Shown here piece after piece: positions 1-12,471 of a DNA stretch of 64,000 nucleotides (the stretch's first letter is position 1; every line of letters begins with the position of its first letter). This DNA comes from Raja brachyura (taxonomy: Eukaryota). The notes below the pieces were generated by a model. That model was not told the origin of the DNA and did not search any database. It was given only the letters and a program-made list of their open reading frames with translations. The stretch lies in assembly GCA_963514005.1 (NCBI GenBank), contig OY740792.1:67146001-67210000 (forward strand), given 5' to 3'. Position numbers and translations under genes: made by a program.

Positions 1-444
1 CGTGCAAACTCCACACAGTCAGGATTAAACTCGGGTCTCTGGCACTGTAAGCAGCTGCTCTGCCACTGCGTCACTGCGAGGAGGAGGTTCAAGCAGAGGA
101 TGAAGTGGATGTCATTTAAGGTCCATGTCCGAGTGAGGTACGGAGCTGCAGGAGAGGGCAAGCGAGAGACGACTGGTGCCAGTGCATGGCGTAGAGTGTA
201 GAACTCGGAGCATGGATGGGGTGTGTAGCAAGTTGTGGTGAGTAGGGTCCAGGTACCTTGGACCCAGGATGGCCCAGAAACCTAGAAGCCTCGAATTGGA
301 ACTGGAAGCCATGTGGAACAACTGAGCAGTGAAGGCAAGTGCTGAGGAAACACACGTGGCTATGTTATCGACGGCAGGAGGAACTGACTGAGTGGGAGCA
401 GTGAGAGAGAGAGAGAGAGAGTGGCTGAACTTTAAACAATAACA

Positions 445-742
445 TTTAGTTGAGTTTAGAGCTGCAGCACAGAAACACGCCTTACGGCCCACTATTCGGC
501 GCTGACTAGTGATCCCCGTACACTAACACTATCCTATACAAGAGGGACAATTTACAATTCTACCAAAGCCAATTAGTCTACAAACCCGTACGTCTATGAG
601 TGTGGGAGGAAATTGGAGCTCCCAGAGAAAACCCACACAGGGCACGGGGAGAACGTACAGACTCCGTGTAGCCAGCACCCATAATCAGGATCGGGCCTGG
701 GTCTCTGGCGTTGTAAGGCAGCAACTCTACCGTTGTGCCACC
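445..742 (-). mobile_element. HE1-type tRNA-derived SINE (one of many copies in the window)
   Basis: Reverse strand reads GGTGGCACAACGGTAGAGTTGCTGCCTTAC..., a tRNA-like head, and ends in a CR1-like tail with (CTAAA)-type repeats. Similar copies at ~1-76, 11695-11995, 18920-19180, 21900-22170, 40785-41070, 41243-41510 and 52163-52380. Confidence 0.8.
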
Positions 743-1362
743 CATTTCTTTATTAAATTTGGCGGTCAGGCCCTTAAACATCTTACAGGACGATGATCCA
801 CAATAGACACCAACAGCAGGGACAACATCTCGCACAGCATCTTTTGGATTACAAATAAGCACTATCGTGTCTTAATCCCATCACAAAGCAGAGAACAGCT
901 TCAAAGTAGACATACAGTACATGGCAGCTGAGAATCCCGAGTAGTCGCATGAATGTACAGAGATATCTCCACAACGGTCCACATTTGATTATTCTTTGCC
1001 CCACAGTGCTTTTTTTTGTGGACAAAATGGTGTCATTAATCTACACGTTCCTTAATGTCGGTATCATAAGCTGTTTAAGGACCTGATCCTAAAAGCTGTT
1101 TCTCAGCACACATGGTCAACCGATCAAGATCTTCAGATTGATTGTGTGTTGGGGGGGGGGAGAGGGAGGGAAGAGAAACCTGGAAGAGAGTAGTGGGCAG
1201 GATAAAGCCTGGCAAGTGATAGGTGGATACAGGGAAGAGGTGGGGCGGGGTTTTGGGTTTGATTGGCAGACAGGTGAGCAAAAGCCGGAGATGAACATAC
1301 AAAACATCACTAGTTTCCTTGTGTGACAAAAACACGTTGTTTGGAGCAATGCATCTTTTGAT

Positions 1363-1415
1363 TTATAAATCTGAAGTTTTTTTTCCATCATCCACCCGGA
1401 ATAAGAGATGTCCAT
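1363..1415 (-). CDS. Candidate terminal coding exon of the B7-like gene ((N)GHLLFRVDDGKKTSDL*)
   Basis: Strong acceptor TTTTCTTTATTTTCAG at 1416. A phase-1 join to the IgC exon gives 17 further residues and TAA. No homology support. Confidence 0.25.
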
Positions 1416-1906
1416 CTGAAAATAAAGAAAATGGACAAAAATAAATCAACATTTTCCCTGCTAATGCTGTTCAGACACAGGTTAGCACTGTAAACAATAA
1501 TAATATTACAGTAAACCCTCTTTATAAAGGACCATGGGGGGGGGGGGGGAGAATGGTATCTGTTATTACCAATTATTCGCAATTGTATAAGTGCTGGAGT
1601 AACTCAGCGGGTCAGGCAGCAGCAGCTCTGGAGAACATGGACAGGTGCTGTGTCGGGTCGGGACCCTTCTTCAGACTCTCGGTCGGGAACTGGGCCTAGA
1701 ATCCAGGTGGATGCTGGCAGCCGCCAGAGAGGTGAGGATGGGCAAGGTCTATGGTCTCGGCCCAAGGGCAGCCGGATTGCATGTAAAGGCCGTCGGTGGT
1801 GTGGCTTTTTACTGTATCTCGGTACACATGATAATAATAAACCTAAGCACTGAATTTTGAACTGTGCACTTCCTCGATTATCTGTGATCCAACCAACTAC
1901 ATAATC

Positions 1907-4900
1907 GGGTGATTCTTCAGTAAGTCTCTACTTTTTAGTTTCTGGAAACACGAATATAAAACTTAAATTTTTGCAACTTTGAATGTTGTTTCGCATAGGT
2001 GAACATCTCCACTATGGGAAAAATATGTTTGGCTCAATCTTTTAGAGAATTCAATATATGTTTTCATCATCTTTTTCCAGGTTACCCATTGCATTCAGTC
2101 ACAACCGTCACATTTTTATGAGGAACACTGCAAAATATAACTGATTTAAGAATATAAAATAACAATTTTGTCGCAGTCTTTCAAATATAGAGTATCTTCC
2201 TTAAATAAAGCACCAAAAAAAAACTTTTTCAGTCTAACGCATTGATTTTAAACCTTCCTAACAGTTTACTGCCGAAAAAAGTGGTGATTTTCAGCAAGAA
2301 TGCTGACCTTCACATAACCTTTCACCAACTTCCTCTAAAACAATATTAACTTCAGATAATTATGGTCATTGCTGTATTATTTTACACATTATGAGCATAA
2401 AATACTTGTGCGACGGATATGACTCAGCATTGTGGAGATGATCCAGTTGGGAGCGTTGCGTGATGGAGATGACTAAGACTATCTTTAGGGTTGGAGTTGG
2501 GGCTGGAGTTAGGGCTAGAGCTGGGGTTAGGATTAAGGTTACAGCTGGGGCTACTTACCCCCGATCTCCATCCAGCTCCAGCCGGACACAAAGCCGTCGC
2601 ATCTTCCCGTGACCCAAAGTCCCCCTCCATGCCCAGCCCTCTTCAGCTCTTGTTCCCTGGTTGGGGGGGGGGGGGGGGGTGGGGTGGGGAACAAGAGTTA
2701 AGTTGCGGATGTGGCCATAACGGGAATGGTGACCAAAGCTTTAGCCCAAGATGGCCTCGCCGGAAGGCCATGCCTGGCCATTGTTCTCTCCAGAACAAAT
2801 CAAAAAAGAAAGTTTTTTTTCTCTCTAAGAATTCAGCACCGTTCGGGAAAGGTACGTATGCAACAAGAAACTGAGTTTTCACGCTTCTCGTCCCGCGAAT
2901 CAGGAGAAATTCACAAGGTAGGGGACTTTTGAATTCCGCGGTCTTTGGAGGTCGGAAGTTCGCGTCTATTCTATTTATAGCCAGGAGGGACGGCTCAACA
3001 AAGCTGCGTGATGGTAATGACTCCAATCATCGGAACAAAGACGTTTTGAAAAAATATGGTAAGATTTATAATTTTATAAAGGGGAAATTGTAAGAGTACA
3101 GAATCTTTATGTCCCTGTTCGGTTGAAAGGAAATAGTAAAAATCGGAAAGAGCCATGGTTTTCAAGGGAAATTGGCACTTGGTTCGAAAAAAGAGAGATA
3201 TCTACAATAATTATAGGAGGCATGGAGTAAATGAGGTGCTAGATGAGTATAAAAAATGTAAAAAGAATCTTAAGAAAGAAATAAGAAAAGCTAAAAGAAG
3301 ATATGAGGTTGCTTTGGCAAGAAAGATGAAAGTAAATCCAAAGGGTTTCTACAGCTATATTAATAGCAAAAGGATAACGAGGGATAAAATTGGACCATTA
3401 GAGAGCCAGAATGGACAGCTATCTGCAGAGCCAAAAGAGATGGGGGAGATATTGAACAATTTATTTTCTTCGGTATTCACCAAGGAGAAGGATATTGAAC
3501 TCTGTGAGGTAAGGGAAAAAAGTAGAGTAGCTATGGAAACTATGAGATTCAAAGAGGAGGAAGTACTGACACTTTTGAAAAATATAAAAGTGGATAAGTC
3601 TCCAGGTCCTGACAGGATATTCCCTAGGACATTGAGGGAAGTTAGTGTAGAAATAGCAGGGGCTATGACAGAAATATTTCAAACGTCATTAGAAACGGGA
3701 ATAGTGCCGGAGGATTGGTGGACTGCGTATGTTGTTCCATTGTTTAAAAAGTGTTCAAAGAATAAATCTAGCAATTATAAACCTGTTAGTTTGACGTCAG
3801 TGGTGGGCAAATTAATGGAAAGGATACTTGGAGATAATATATATAAGCATCTGGATAAACAGGGTCTGATCAAGAACAGTCAACATGGATTTGTGCCTGG
3901 AAGGTCATGTTTGACAAACCTTCTTGAATTTTTTGAAGAGGTTACTAGGGAAATAGTTGAGGGTAAAGCAGTGGATGTTGTCTATATGGATTTCAGTAAG
4001 GCCTTTGACAAGGTTCCCCATGGAAGGTTGGTTAAGAAGGTTCAATCTTTGGGTGTTAATGGCGGAGTCGCAAGATGGATTCAACAGTGGCTGAATGGGA
4101 GATGCCAGAGAGTAATGGTGGATGGCTGTTTGTCAGGTTGGAAGCTGGTGACCAGTGGGGTGCCTCAGGGATCAGTGTTGGGTCCACTGTTGTTTGTCAT
4201 GTACATCAATGATCTAGATGATGGGGTGGAAAATTAAATAAGTAAGTATGCAGATGAGACTAAGATAGGGGGTGCTGTGTATAATGAAGTAGATTTTCAA
4301 AGTCTACAGAGAAATTTGGGCCTTTGGAAGAGTGGGCTGAAAGATGGCAGATGGAGTTTAATGCTGATAAGTGTGAGGTGCTACATCTTGGCAGGACAAA
4401 TCAAAATAGGACGTACATGGTAAATGGTAGGGAATTGAGGAATGCTGTGGAACAGAGGGATCTAGGAATAACTGTGCATAGTTCCCTGAAGGTGGAATCG
4501 CATGAAGATAGGGTGGTAAAGAAAGCTTTTGGTGTGCTGGCCTTTATAAATCAGAGCATTGAATATAGGAGTAGGGAAGTAATGTTAAAATTGTACAAGG
4601 CATTGGTGAGACCAATTCTGGAGTATGGTGTACAATTTTGGTCGACTAATTATAGGAAGGATGTCAACAAAATAGAGAGAGTACAGAGGAGATTTACTGG
4701 GTTCCAGCAACTAAGTTCCAGAGAAAGGTTGAACAAGTTAGGTCTTTATTCTTTGGAGCGCAGAAGGTTAAGGGGGGACTTGATTGAGGTCTTTAAAATG
4801 ATGAAAGGGATAGACAGAGTTGACGTGGATAAGCTTTTCCCATTGAGGGTAGGGAAGATTCAAACAAGAGGGCATGACATGAGAATTAAGGGACAGAAGT

Positions 4901-5495
4901 TTAGGGATAACATGAGGGGGAACTTCTTTACTCAGAGAGTGGTGGCTGTGTGGAATGAGCTTCCAGCAGAAGTGGTGGAGGTACGATCGATTTTAACATT
5001 TAAATGTAAAGTGGATAGGTATATGGACGGGAAGGGAATGGAGGGGTATGGTCTGAGTGCAGGTAGATGGGACATGGGGAAAATAAATGGTCGGCACGGA
5101 CTGGTAGGGCCGAGAAGGCCTGTTTCCGTGCTGTAATTGTTATATGGTTATAAGAATAGAGGATTTTGTTTAGGGTGATAAATAGTTTAATTATTAATGC
5201 CTACCGTTTAAAAGTATTTTCATTTACAATATATCCCCCCATTAAAGTAATATGCCGACTTGTAATTTCACTAGTAACCATCGGGACATGCGGTTTTCGG
5301 GGGGGGGAGGGAATCGAATATCGGGTAAATTTTTTTTTTTTTTTTAAACCACTTTATTCATTTAATCTTTATTTATGAGGATTATGTTTATTAACAATAT
5401 ACAGGAAGGAGAAATGGGATAGAAATATGAATTTTCCTTATATTCAGCATCAAAATAGCAGGACAGCATAGTAGACACTTACTGAAGAATCACCC
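1907..5495. mobile_element. Non-autonomous DNA transposon with 25-bp TIRs (Sola2-like ends), interrupted by a CR1
   Basis: GGGTGATTCTTCAGTAAGTCTCTAC at 1907 and its reverse complement (1 mismatch) ending at 5495. Flanks AATC/AATT resemble a 4-bp TSD. GRG termini. Confidence 0.7.
3085..5152 (+). mobile_element. 5'-truncated CR1-clade LINE, RT region (ORFs 3155-4237 and 4324-5136, premature stop)
   Basis: Motifs [39 protein letters not shown] and YADE(D), followed by a CR1 3' tail. Confidence 0.95.
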
Positions 5496-5664
5496 AATTG
5501 TTTTATCTGAAAATTCTGAGCTATGGAGGCTACTTAATAAGTGCAATCCAGAAAATAGTAATCATTCATTCCACACTGCTAACAATTTCAAAGTTTCTCA
5601 TGACCAACAATCAGAAACATTGTGCTAAACTTAGTTGATCCATCCGTACAGTATACGTTTTACG

Positions 5665-6580
5665 TTACCATACTTGAGAGACACTGTGCTGAAACAGGCC
5701 CTTCGGCCCATCGGGACCGCACTGACCAGCGATCACCCCGTACGCTAGCTAGGACTATCCTACACACTGCACATGGCGGAGTATTCGGCTAGCCACGCGG
5801 TGGAGGATCCCGGCAAGCCTCGGCAAAGCCCACCAGCAGGCCCAGCTGGCTTGCCGTGGACTGAGGACCCGCTCTGCAGACCGGAACCCGCCTGCAAGGC
5901 CTGGCTCACCCACCCAGAGTGAAGTGAGTTGGACAGAGGGCCAGTAAGCAGACCGGCTGCAGGAGGCAGTGCACTGCCTTGATGGGGGAGTGGGCCGCTG
6001 GAGGCCTTGCAACAGCCTGGGCCTCGACTGGACCGGGCACTGCTCCAAGAGGCCAAGCACGTGGACCGGGCGCCGTCTAGAGTGGTGGAGGACATCATGG
6101 TGACACATGGCCAGGCCGAACCTGCAATGCCACCAGGACAACAGGCTTTCATGGTCAGATCAAGAACCCTGCATTTACAATTGTCACTCGAAAATGGCAC
6201 CAAATATGGTGGCTGTGTATTGACTCGGTGTACTACTGCAAGACACTTGTATCTGCGATGCTCTGCCAACACGTATCCATGTGTTTCTGTACAGTGACAC
6301 TTGTACTGAACTGTATACAGAAATGAATTTCACTGTACCTCAGTACATGAGAGAAATAAAGTGCCATTGAACCACTGAACACAAGGAATAATTTACAATT
6401 TCTGGAAGCCAATTAACCTACAAACCCCGTCTTTGCAGAGTGGGAGGAAACCGGAGCACCCGGAGAAATCCTAAGAGATCACAGGGCGAATGTACAAACT
6501 CCGTACAGACACCCCCCTAGTCAGGATGGAACCCGGGTCTCTGGCGCTGTGAGGCAGCAACTCTACCACTGCGCCACCGT
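5665..6580 (-). mobile_element. HE1 SINE split by a GC-rich Rex1-tailed non-autonomous element (~5768-6379, +)
   Basis: SINE text CTATCCTACACAC|ACAAGGAATAATTTAC resumes after the insert. The insert ends with TTTCACTGTACCTCAGTACATG..AATAAA plus short repeats. Confidence 0.6.
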
Positions 6581-6855
6581 GTCAACGCTACACGTGACAA
6601 TAATAAACCTAAATCTAAATCTTGTGGGGCGGTGAGACTAAATGCTGGAATAGTTCACCAACAAACTTGTCAATGACTGATGGATAGACAAAAATAATGT
6701 CTGCCTACCTACCTTTGTCTACCTTCGATTTTTCCAGCATCTGCAGTTCTTTCTTAAACAATGACTGATGGATCTCAGATTATGAATGAAAATATCTCTA
6801 CTGAGCTTATTTAAATTAACTTTTACTTGATCAATAATCTCAGAGATAAACTTAC

Positions 6856-7119
6856 TCGAGAAGCCCACTCGAGTCTGTTTTCTCATCCACTTATGCCACA
6901 TTGCGCAGATGTACTGATTCTGTTCCTCATATTCTTGCAGATGGTGGGTCACGCTGAAATAGCCATTGCTTTTTCTCATAATCATTTCACTGTACTTGTT
7001 TAAATCGTTCCCCGATTTGTCCTTCCACTCCACTGTTGGGGCAGGATACCACCCTGACGACTGGCAAGAGAGCATGCCCTTTTCGGAATTCCAGAATACT
7101 TTGATAGGATTGGTAGCAG
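6856..7119 (-). CDS. IgC-domain exon of a B7/butyrophilin-like protein
   Basis: Acceptor TTTCTTTTCTTGGCAG, donor A|GTAAGT, 264 nt, phase 1-1. Peptide LSCQSSGWYPAPTVEWKD...GYFSV...YICAM matches the B7/BTN C-domain signature. Confidence 0.9.
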
Positions 7120-7150
7120 CTGCCAAGAAAAGAAACATAAATAGCAACCG

Positions 7151-7618
7151 TTAATGGCGACATGGTGGCGCAGCGGTAGAGTTGCTGCCTTACAACGCCA
7201 CAGACCTGGCTTCCATCCTGACTATGGGTGCTGTCTGTACGGAGTTTGTCCGTTTTCCCCGTGACCGTGTGGGTTTTCTCCAGGTGCTCCAGTTTCCTCA
7301 CACACTCCAAAGACGTGCAGGACAATTGAGATTTTTTACCGATGCCAATTAACCTACCGACCTTGGATAGACATAAAATGCTGGAGTAACTCAGGCAGCA
7401 TCTCTGTAGAAGGAATGGGTGACGTTTCGGGTTAAGACCTTTCTTCAGACCTGTATGCCTTTTGTGTGGGAGGAAGCTGGTGTCCCCAGGGAATACCCAT
7501 GTGGTCACGGGGAGAATGTACATATACCATACAGACTGTACCCATAGTAAGGATCGAACTCTGGTCTCTGGTGCAATAAGACAGCAACTCTACCGCTGCG
7601 CCACCGTGCCGCCATTAA
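7151..7618. repeat. Inverted pair of HE1 SINE 5' halves enclosing a Penelope 3' fragment
   Basis: TTAATGGCGACATGGTGGCGCAGCGGTAGAGTTGCTG at 7151 and a near-identical reverse complement ending at 7618. Confidence 0.8.
7421..7448 (-). ncRNA. Minimal hammerhead-ribozyme core derived from a Penelope terminal repeat
   Basis: Minus strand reads CUGAAGA-AAGGUCUUAACCC-GAAA-C-GUC, with GGU/ACC able to form stem I. Stem II is partly decayed. Confidence 0.55.
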
Positions 7619-8175
7619 TAGTTGTATAATTAGATATCCCAGTTCTTTGTAACTTTGTTGCCATGGACATTCTCAGCTACATTTCCTCCTGACAGAGGCA
7701 TGAAGTTTATTTGAACTGGTGCAACTTCACAAGAGAATTTTGATGAAGGGAGATGACACAAGAATTTTCGGCATCTGGCTTCCTGTAAAAAAAAGCTGTT
7801 AAGAATTAAAAAGAATCCCTAAAACTGAACAATGAAATAAATAAACTGAGGTACATTTGACCCTCACTGTAAACAGAACAAGAGAGAAGACAAGGAGGTT
7901 TCCAGTAGTGGGTGAGTCTGGGACTCGAGGGCACAGCATCAGAATAAAACAATGTTCCTTTAGAAAGGAGAAGAGGAGGAATTTCTACAGCCCAAGGGTG
8001 GTGAATCTGTGGAATTCATTGCCACAGACAGCTGTGGATTCCAAGTCATTGGGTATTTTTTAAATGGAGATTGACAGGTTCCTGATTAGTACGGGAGTCA
8101 GGGGTATGGGAAGAAAGCAGATGACCTGATGGGCCGAATGGCATACTTCTGCTCCTATCAAGTATGAAGACATAC

Positions 8176-8514
8176 CCCAAACAGATAGCTGGACAAATCC
8201 ATCTCCAAATTCATTGTCAGTGCTAATACGGACAATGTACTTTCCCTCATCCCAGATTTCCACATTCTTCAATGTAAGGAATGCTTTTCCTTTTTTAAAT
8301 GAGAATGTGTCGACTTCAATTCTTCCCGAGTAGTTGGCATGTTGTTTGCTGACATCGCTTTTATCTTCCTTGTACTCATACAAGATTCCGGCATCTTGAT
8401 CCTTCTCCCACCTCACTCTCGGTGCACATGGATCGTTGCACTCAAACGTACACTTGAAGGTGACATCCTTGCCGATCTCTACATCTGGGGCTGGTTCACA
8501 AGTGGTGAATGCAT
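8176..8514 (-). CDS. IgV-domain exon of a B7/butyrophilin-like protein (VTCN1/HHLA2/CD276-like), non-canonical cysteines
   Basis: Acceptor TCTGTCTTTTGTTCAG, donor G|GTATGT, 339 nt, phase 1-1, open frame. Motifs GKDVTFKC, VRWEK, QHANYSGR, GKAFLTLKNV..WDEGKY and VQLSV. Confidence 0.92.
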
Positions 8515-8544
8515 CTGAACAAAAGACAGAAAGGGGTTTATTAT

Positions 8545-9370
8545 TGTCACCTTCACTTGAGTTGAGTTTAGTTTATTGTCACGTGTACCGAGGTACAGTG
8601 AGAAGCTTTATGTTGGCTGCTAACCAGTCAGCAGAAAGACAATACATGATTACAATCGAGCCGCCCAAAGTGTACAGATACACGATAAAGGCAACAATGG
8701 GCACAATGATTAGTGCAAGTCCAAATCAAAGATAATCTGATGGTCTCGAATGAGGTAGATAGTAGTTCAGGAATGCTCTCTAGTTATTGGTGGGATGGGT
8801 CAGTTGTCTAATAACAGCTGGGAAGAAACTGTCCCTGAATCTAGTGGTGTGCGTTTTCACACTTCTGTACCTCTTGCCTGATGGGAGAGGGGAGAGGGAA
8901 GAAGAGGGAGTGGCCAGGGTGCAACTTGTCCTTAATTACGCTGCTGGTCTTGCCAAAGCGAGTCACAGGAATGGAGGTCCCGACCCGAAACGTCACCCAT
9001 TCCATCTCTCCAGAGATGCTGCCAGTTCTGCTGCGTTACTCCAGCATTTTGTGTCTATCAAAGGAATGGAGGTTGGTTTGTGTGATGGTCTGGGCTGTCT
9101 GTGTTCATAACTCCCTGCAATTTATTGGGGTCTTGAGCTGATCCCAAACCAGGCTGTGATGCATCCTGATAAAATGCTTTCTATGGTGCATATGTAGATG
9201 TTGCTGAGAGTTGCTGGGGATATGCACAGAGATACAGCGAAAAGCTTTCTTTAGCATGCAGTCCAATCATATCTGATACTATATATAAATAATCAAGCCA
9301 AACTCCAACAAAGAGAGTGCAGAATATAGTTCTCAGCATTGTAGCGCAATAGTTCCATAGACAAAGGAGT
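8545..9370 (-). mobile_element. Rex1/Babar LINE 3' fragments, with a Penelope piece at ~8975-9060
   Basis: Reverse strand encodes an LPSGKRYRS..T.RFRDSFFP motif and a TGACAATAAA tail. A similar fragment lies at ~11030-11400. Confidence 0.7.
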
Positions 9371-9639
9371 TGAGGAGTCTGAGGGTGGTGAATCTGTGGA
9401 ATTTATTACCACAGACAGCAGTGGATACGGTCTTTTTTTTTAAAATCAGAGATTGTTAGATTCTTGACTAGTAAACGTCAGATATGCCATTTCTTGCGGC
9501 CTTGGTAGGTAATGATATGTTATTGTCGTTGGTTTACTATTGTCACGTGTACTGAGATAGTAAAAGCATATTATTTTATGTGCTATCCAGACAGATCATA
9601 TCATACACAAGTACAACAGGTTGTGCTAAAGGCAAATGA

Positions 9640-10510
9640 AAATTACAGTGTGTAGGAAGGAACTGCAGATACTGGTTTACACCGAAGGTAGACACAAAAT
9701 GCTGGAGTAACTCATTGGGACAGGAAGCATCTCTGGAGAGAAGGAATGGGTGAAGTTTCAGGTCGGGACTCTTCTTCAGACTGAGTGTCAGGAGAGAGGG
9801 AAACAGAGATGTGGAAGGGTAAGGTGTGAAAACAAGAAATCAAAAGAGGAGTTGTCAAGGAAAATATAGAATCAATCATTGTTAGCTGCGGGGCCGTGAC
9901 AACAATGCATCCAACCAGTAAAATTTAATCAGGAGGAAACTAATCAAACTAGCATGAGGGAGAGATGGAGAAAGGAGAAAAGCAAGGATTACTTGAAGTT
10001 ACAGAGGTCAATATAAATACATCTAGGTTATAAACTGCCCAAGCGAAGTGAGATGCTGGGCCTCGTACTGACAGCGGAGGAGGCCCAGGACAGAAAGGTC
10101 AGTGTGGGAATGGGAGGTGGAATTCAAGTATTTAGCAACTGGGAGGTCATGTTGGCCAAGGCAGACTGAGCGGAGGTGTTCAACGAAACAATCGTCGATC
10201 GATGAGGTTGGAGGAGGTGCAAGTGAACCTCTGCCTCACCTGAAAGGACTGTCGGGGTCCTTGGATACAGTCGAGGGAGGAGGTATAGGGACAGGTATTG
10301 CATCTCCATTTGTTACAGGAGAAAGTACCTGGGGATGGGGTGGTTTGGGTGGGAAAGGATGAGTTGACCAGGAAGTTGCGGGGGGAATGTCTCCATGGAA
10401 AGGGGTGGAAATGGGAAGATGTGGATTGTGGTGGAATCCTGTTGGAGGTGGCGAAAATGTCAGAGGATTATGTGGTGTATGCGACAGTCTTTTCAGGTGA
10501 GGCAGAGGTT
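9640..10510 (-). mobile_element. Penelope-like element fragment (GIY-YIG end plus terminal repeat)
   Basis: Homologous to the 20720-21245 copy, with a decayed CTGAAGA..GAAA motif at ~9752-9780. Confidence 0.7.
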
Positions 10511-12471
10511 CACTTGATACTATACCTTCCCCTCGGTAACAATGTTCCATTCTTCATTTTCCTTGACCTTCGTCCCTCTTGATCTCTCGTTTTTACACCT
10601 AACCCTGCCATATCTCTATGTCTCCCTCTCCCCTGACTCTCAGTCTGAAGAAGCATCACAACCCAAAAAATCACCCATTCTTTCCATCCAGAGATGCTGC
10701 CTGTCCCGCTGAGTTACTTCATCGTCAAAGATTATAGTGTGATAGAGCCAGTGTGGATTCATGTTTACGGGCTTGTTAGGCAGCAGCAAATATGTCTTTC
10801 ATTGTTCTGTTGTCAGTACATTTGAGAAATCACACTCTTGGCTCTCTCCTTAGAAGATGGTGTAAGTCAATAAGACGAGAGATCTGGTTATTGTTGCTCC
10901 TTACTCTGTGCACATTATGTTTTAAATGTTGATTGCTTTGCGAGTGTTGAATACAGGTGATTTGGGAACAGATATCTTGCTTGTTGCATCCCACCATTTT
11001 ATTTTGCTGTTTATTATGATGAAGTTTTCAGTTTATTATTGTCATGGCTACTGAGGTCCAGTGAAAAGCTTTGTTTTGCAACTATCCAAACAGTTCAGAT
11101 AATACTCTACATAAATAAATCAAGTACTCAGGTAGAGCCAAGGGGAAGATACAGAGTGCAGAATATAGTTCTCAGTATTGTAGCGCACCAGTTCCAGAGA
11201 CAAAGTCCAATGTCCACAATGGGATGGAGATGAATCAGACAGTAACCTAGCTTATGGAAGAATGCTTTGAAAAGCCTGATAACAGAGGGGAAGAAGCTGT
11301 TCCTGAGTCTGGTGGTGCCCACTTTCAAGCTTCCATACCTTCTGCCGCCAGATGGGAGCAAGGTGAAGAGGAATGACAGGGTTGGGACATCTTTGATTAT
11401 TGCTTTTATTTTTAAATGCCTGGTTTGGGCTTTTCAACACGGGCTTTGGAAAACTGGGGTCATTCTCCGTTACATTGTCTGTTTGGCAGAAATAGAAGAC
11501 ACATGGAACTGCAACTGCTGGAATCATACGTTGAACAGAAAGTACTTGAGTAACTGAGAGGGTCACGCAGCATCTCTGGAGGACATGGATGGACGATACT
11601 TCAGATCGGGACCCTTCAGAAGTAGAAGATCTTCTCCAGGGTCTTCAGTGTTACAATACTTGACAAGGTTATATTCAAGGCAGAATTGAATTAATTGTAA
11701 GATACAGCATGGAAACAGGCCCTTCGGCCCACCGAGTCCATGCCGCCCATTGATCACCCGTTCACACTAGTTCTATGTATCTCACTTTTGTATCTACACA
11801 CGACAGGCAATTTACAAAGTTCAATTAACTTACAAACCCACATGTCTTTGTGTGTGGAAGGAAACAGGAACACCTGGAGGAAACCACACGGTCACAGGGG
11901 GAACATGCAAACTCCACACAGACAACACCCGAGGTCAGGAATGAACCCGGATCTCTGGCACTGTGAGGCAGTGGCTTTACCAGCTCTACCAACCAATGTG
12001 CTGAATTGATGGAGAGCCGTATGACCATACCTGTGAATAGGCCAAGGCACAATATCAGTGGACAATTCGAAAATATTATGATTCGTTTTGCCAGTGGTCA
12101 CAGTAGTGGAAAAATTTGGTGAGTGGAGACCGACAAAGTTGTTATGTCCCAAAGGTCCTTTTACAGACTGGTTATCCTAATCACTGTTGGGATGAAACAG
12201 AACCGCAGATGTTGGTTTAAATAAAAACACAAAGTGCTGGGGTAACTCAGTGGGAAATGCATGTGGAGGGGATGTTTCCAGTAGTGAGTGGACCTCGGAC
12301 CAGAGGGTACAGCCTTAGAATAAAAGGACGGACCTTTAGAATAGAGAAGAGGAAGAAATTCTTTAGCCAGAGTGTGGTGAACCTGTGGAATTCATTGTCA
12401 CAGATCGTGACAGGTTCTTAATTAGTAAGGGCACCAAAGGTTACGGGAAGAAGGCAGGAGAATGGGGTTTA

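Noticed and set aside
2086-2128. Mini-exon-like segment (VPHKNVTVVTECNG) with AG/GT
   Set aside because: Inside the 1907-5495 transposon, and its phase is incompatible with the IgC donor.
7156-7230. tRNA-like sequence
   Set aside because: It is the head of an HE1 SINE and continues into the SINE body, so it is not a tRNA gene.
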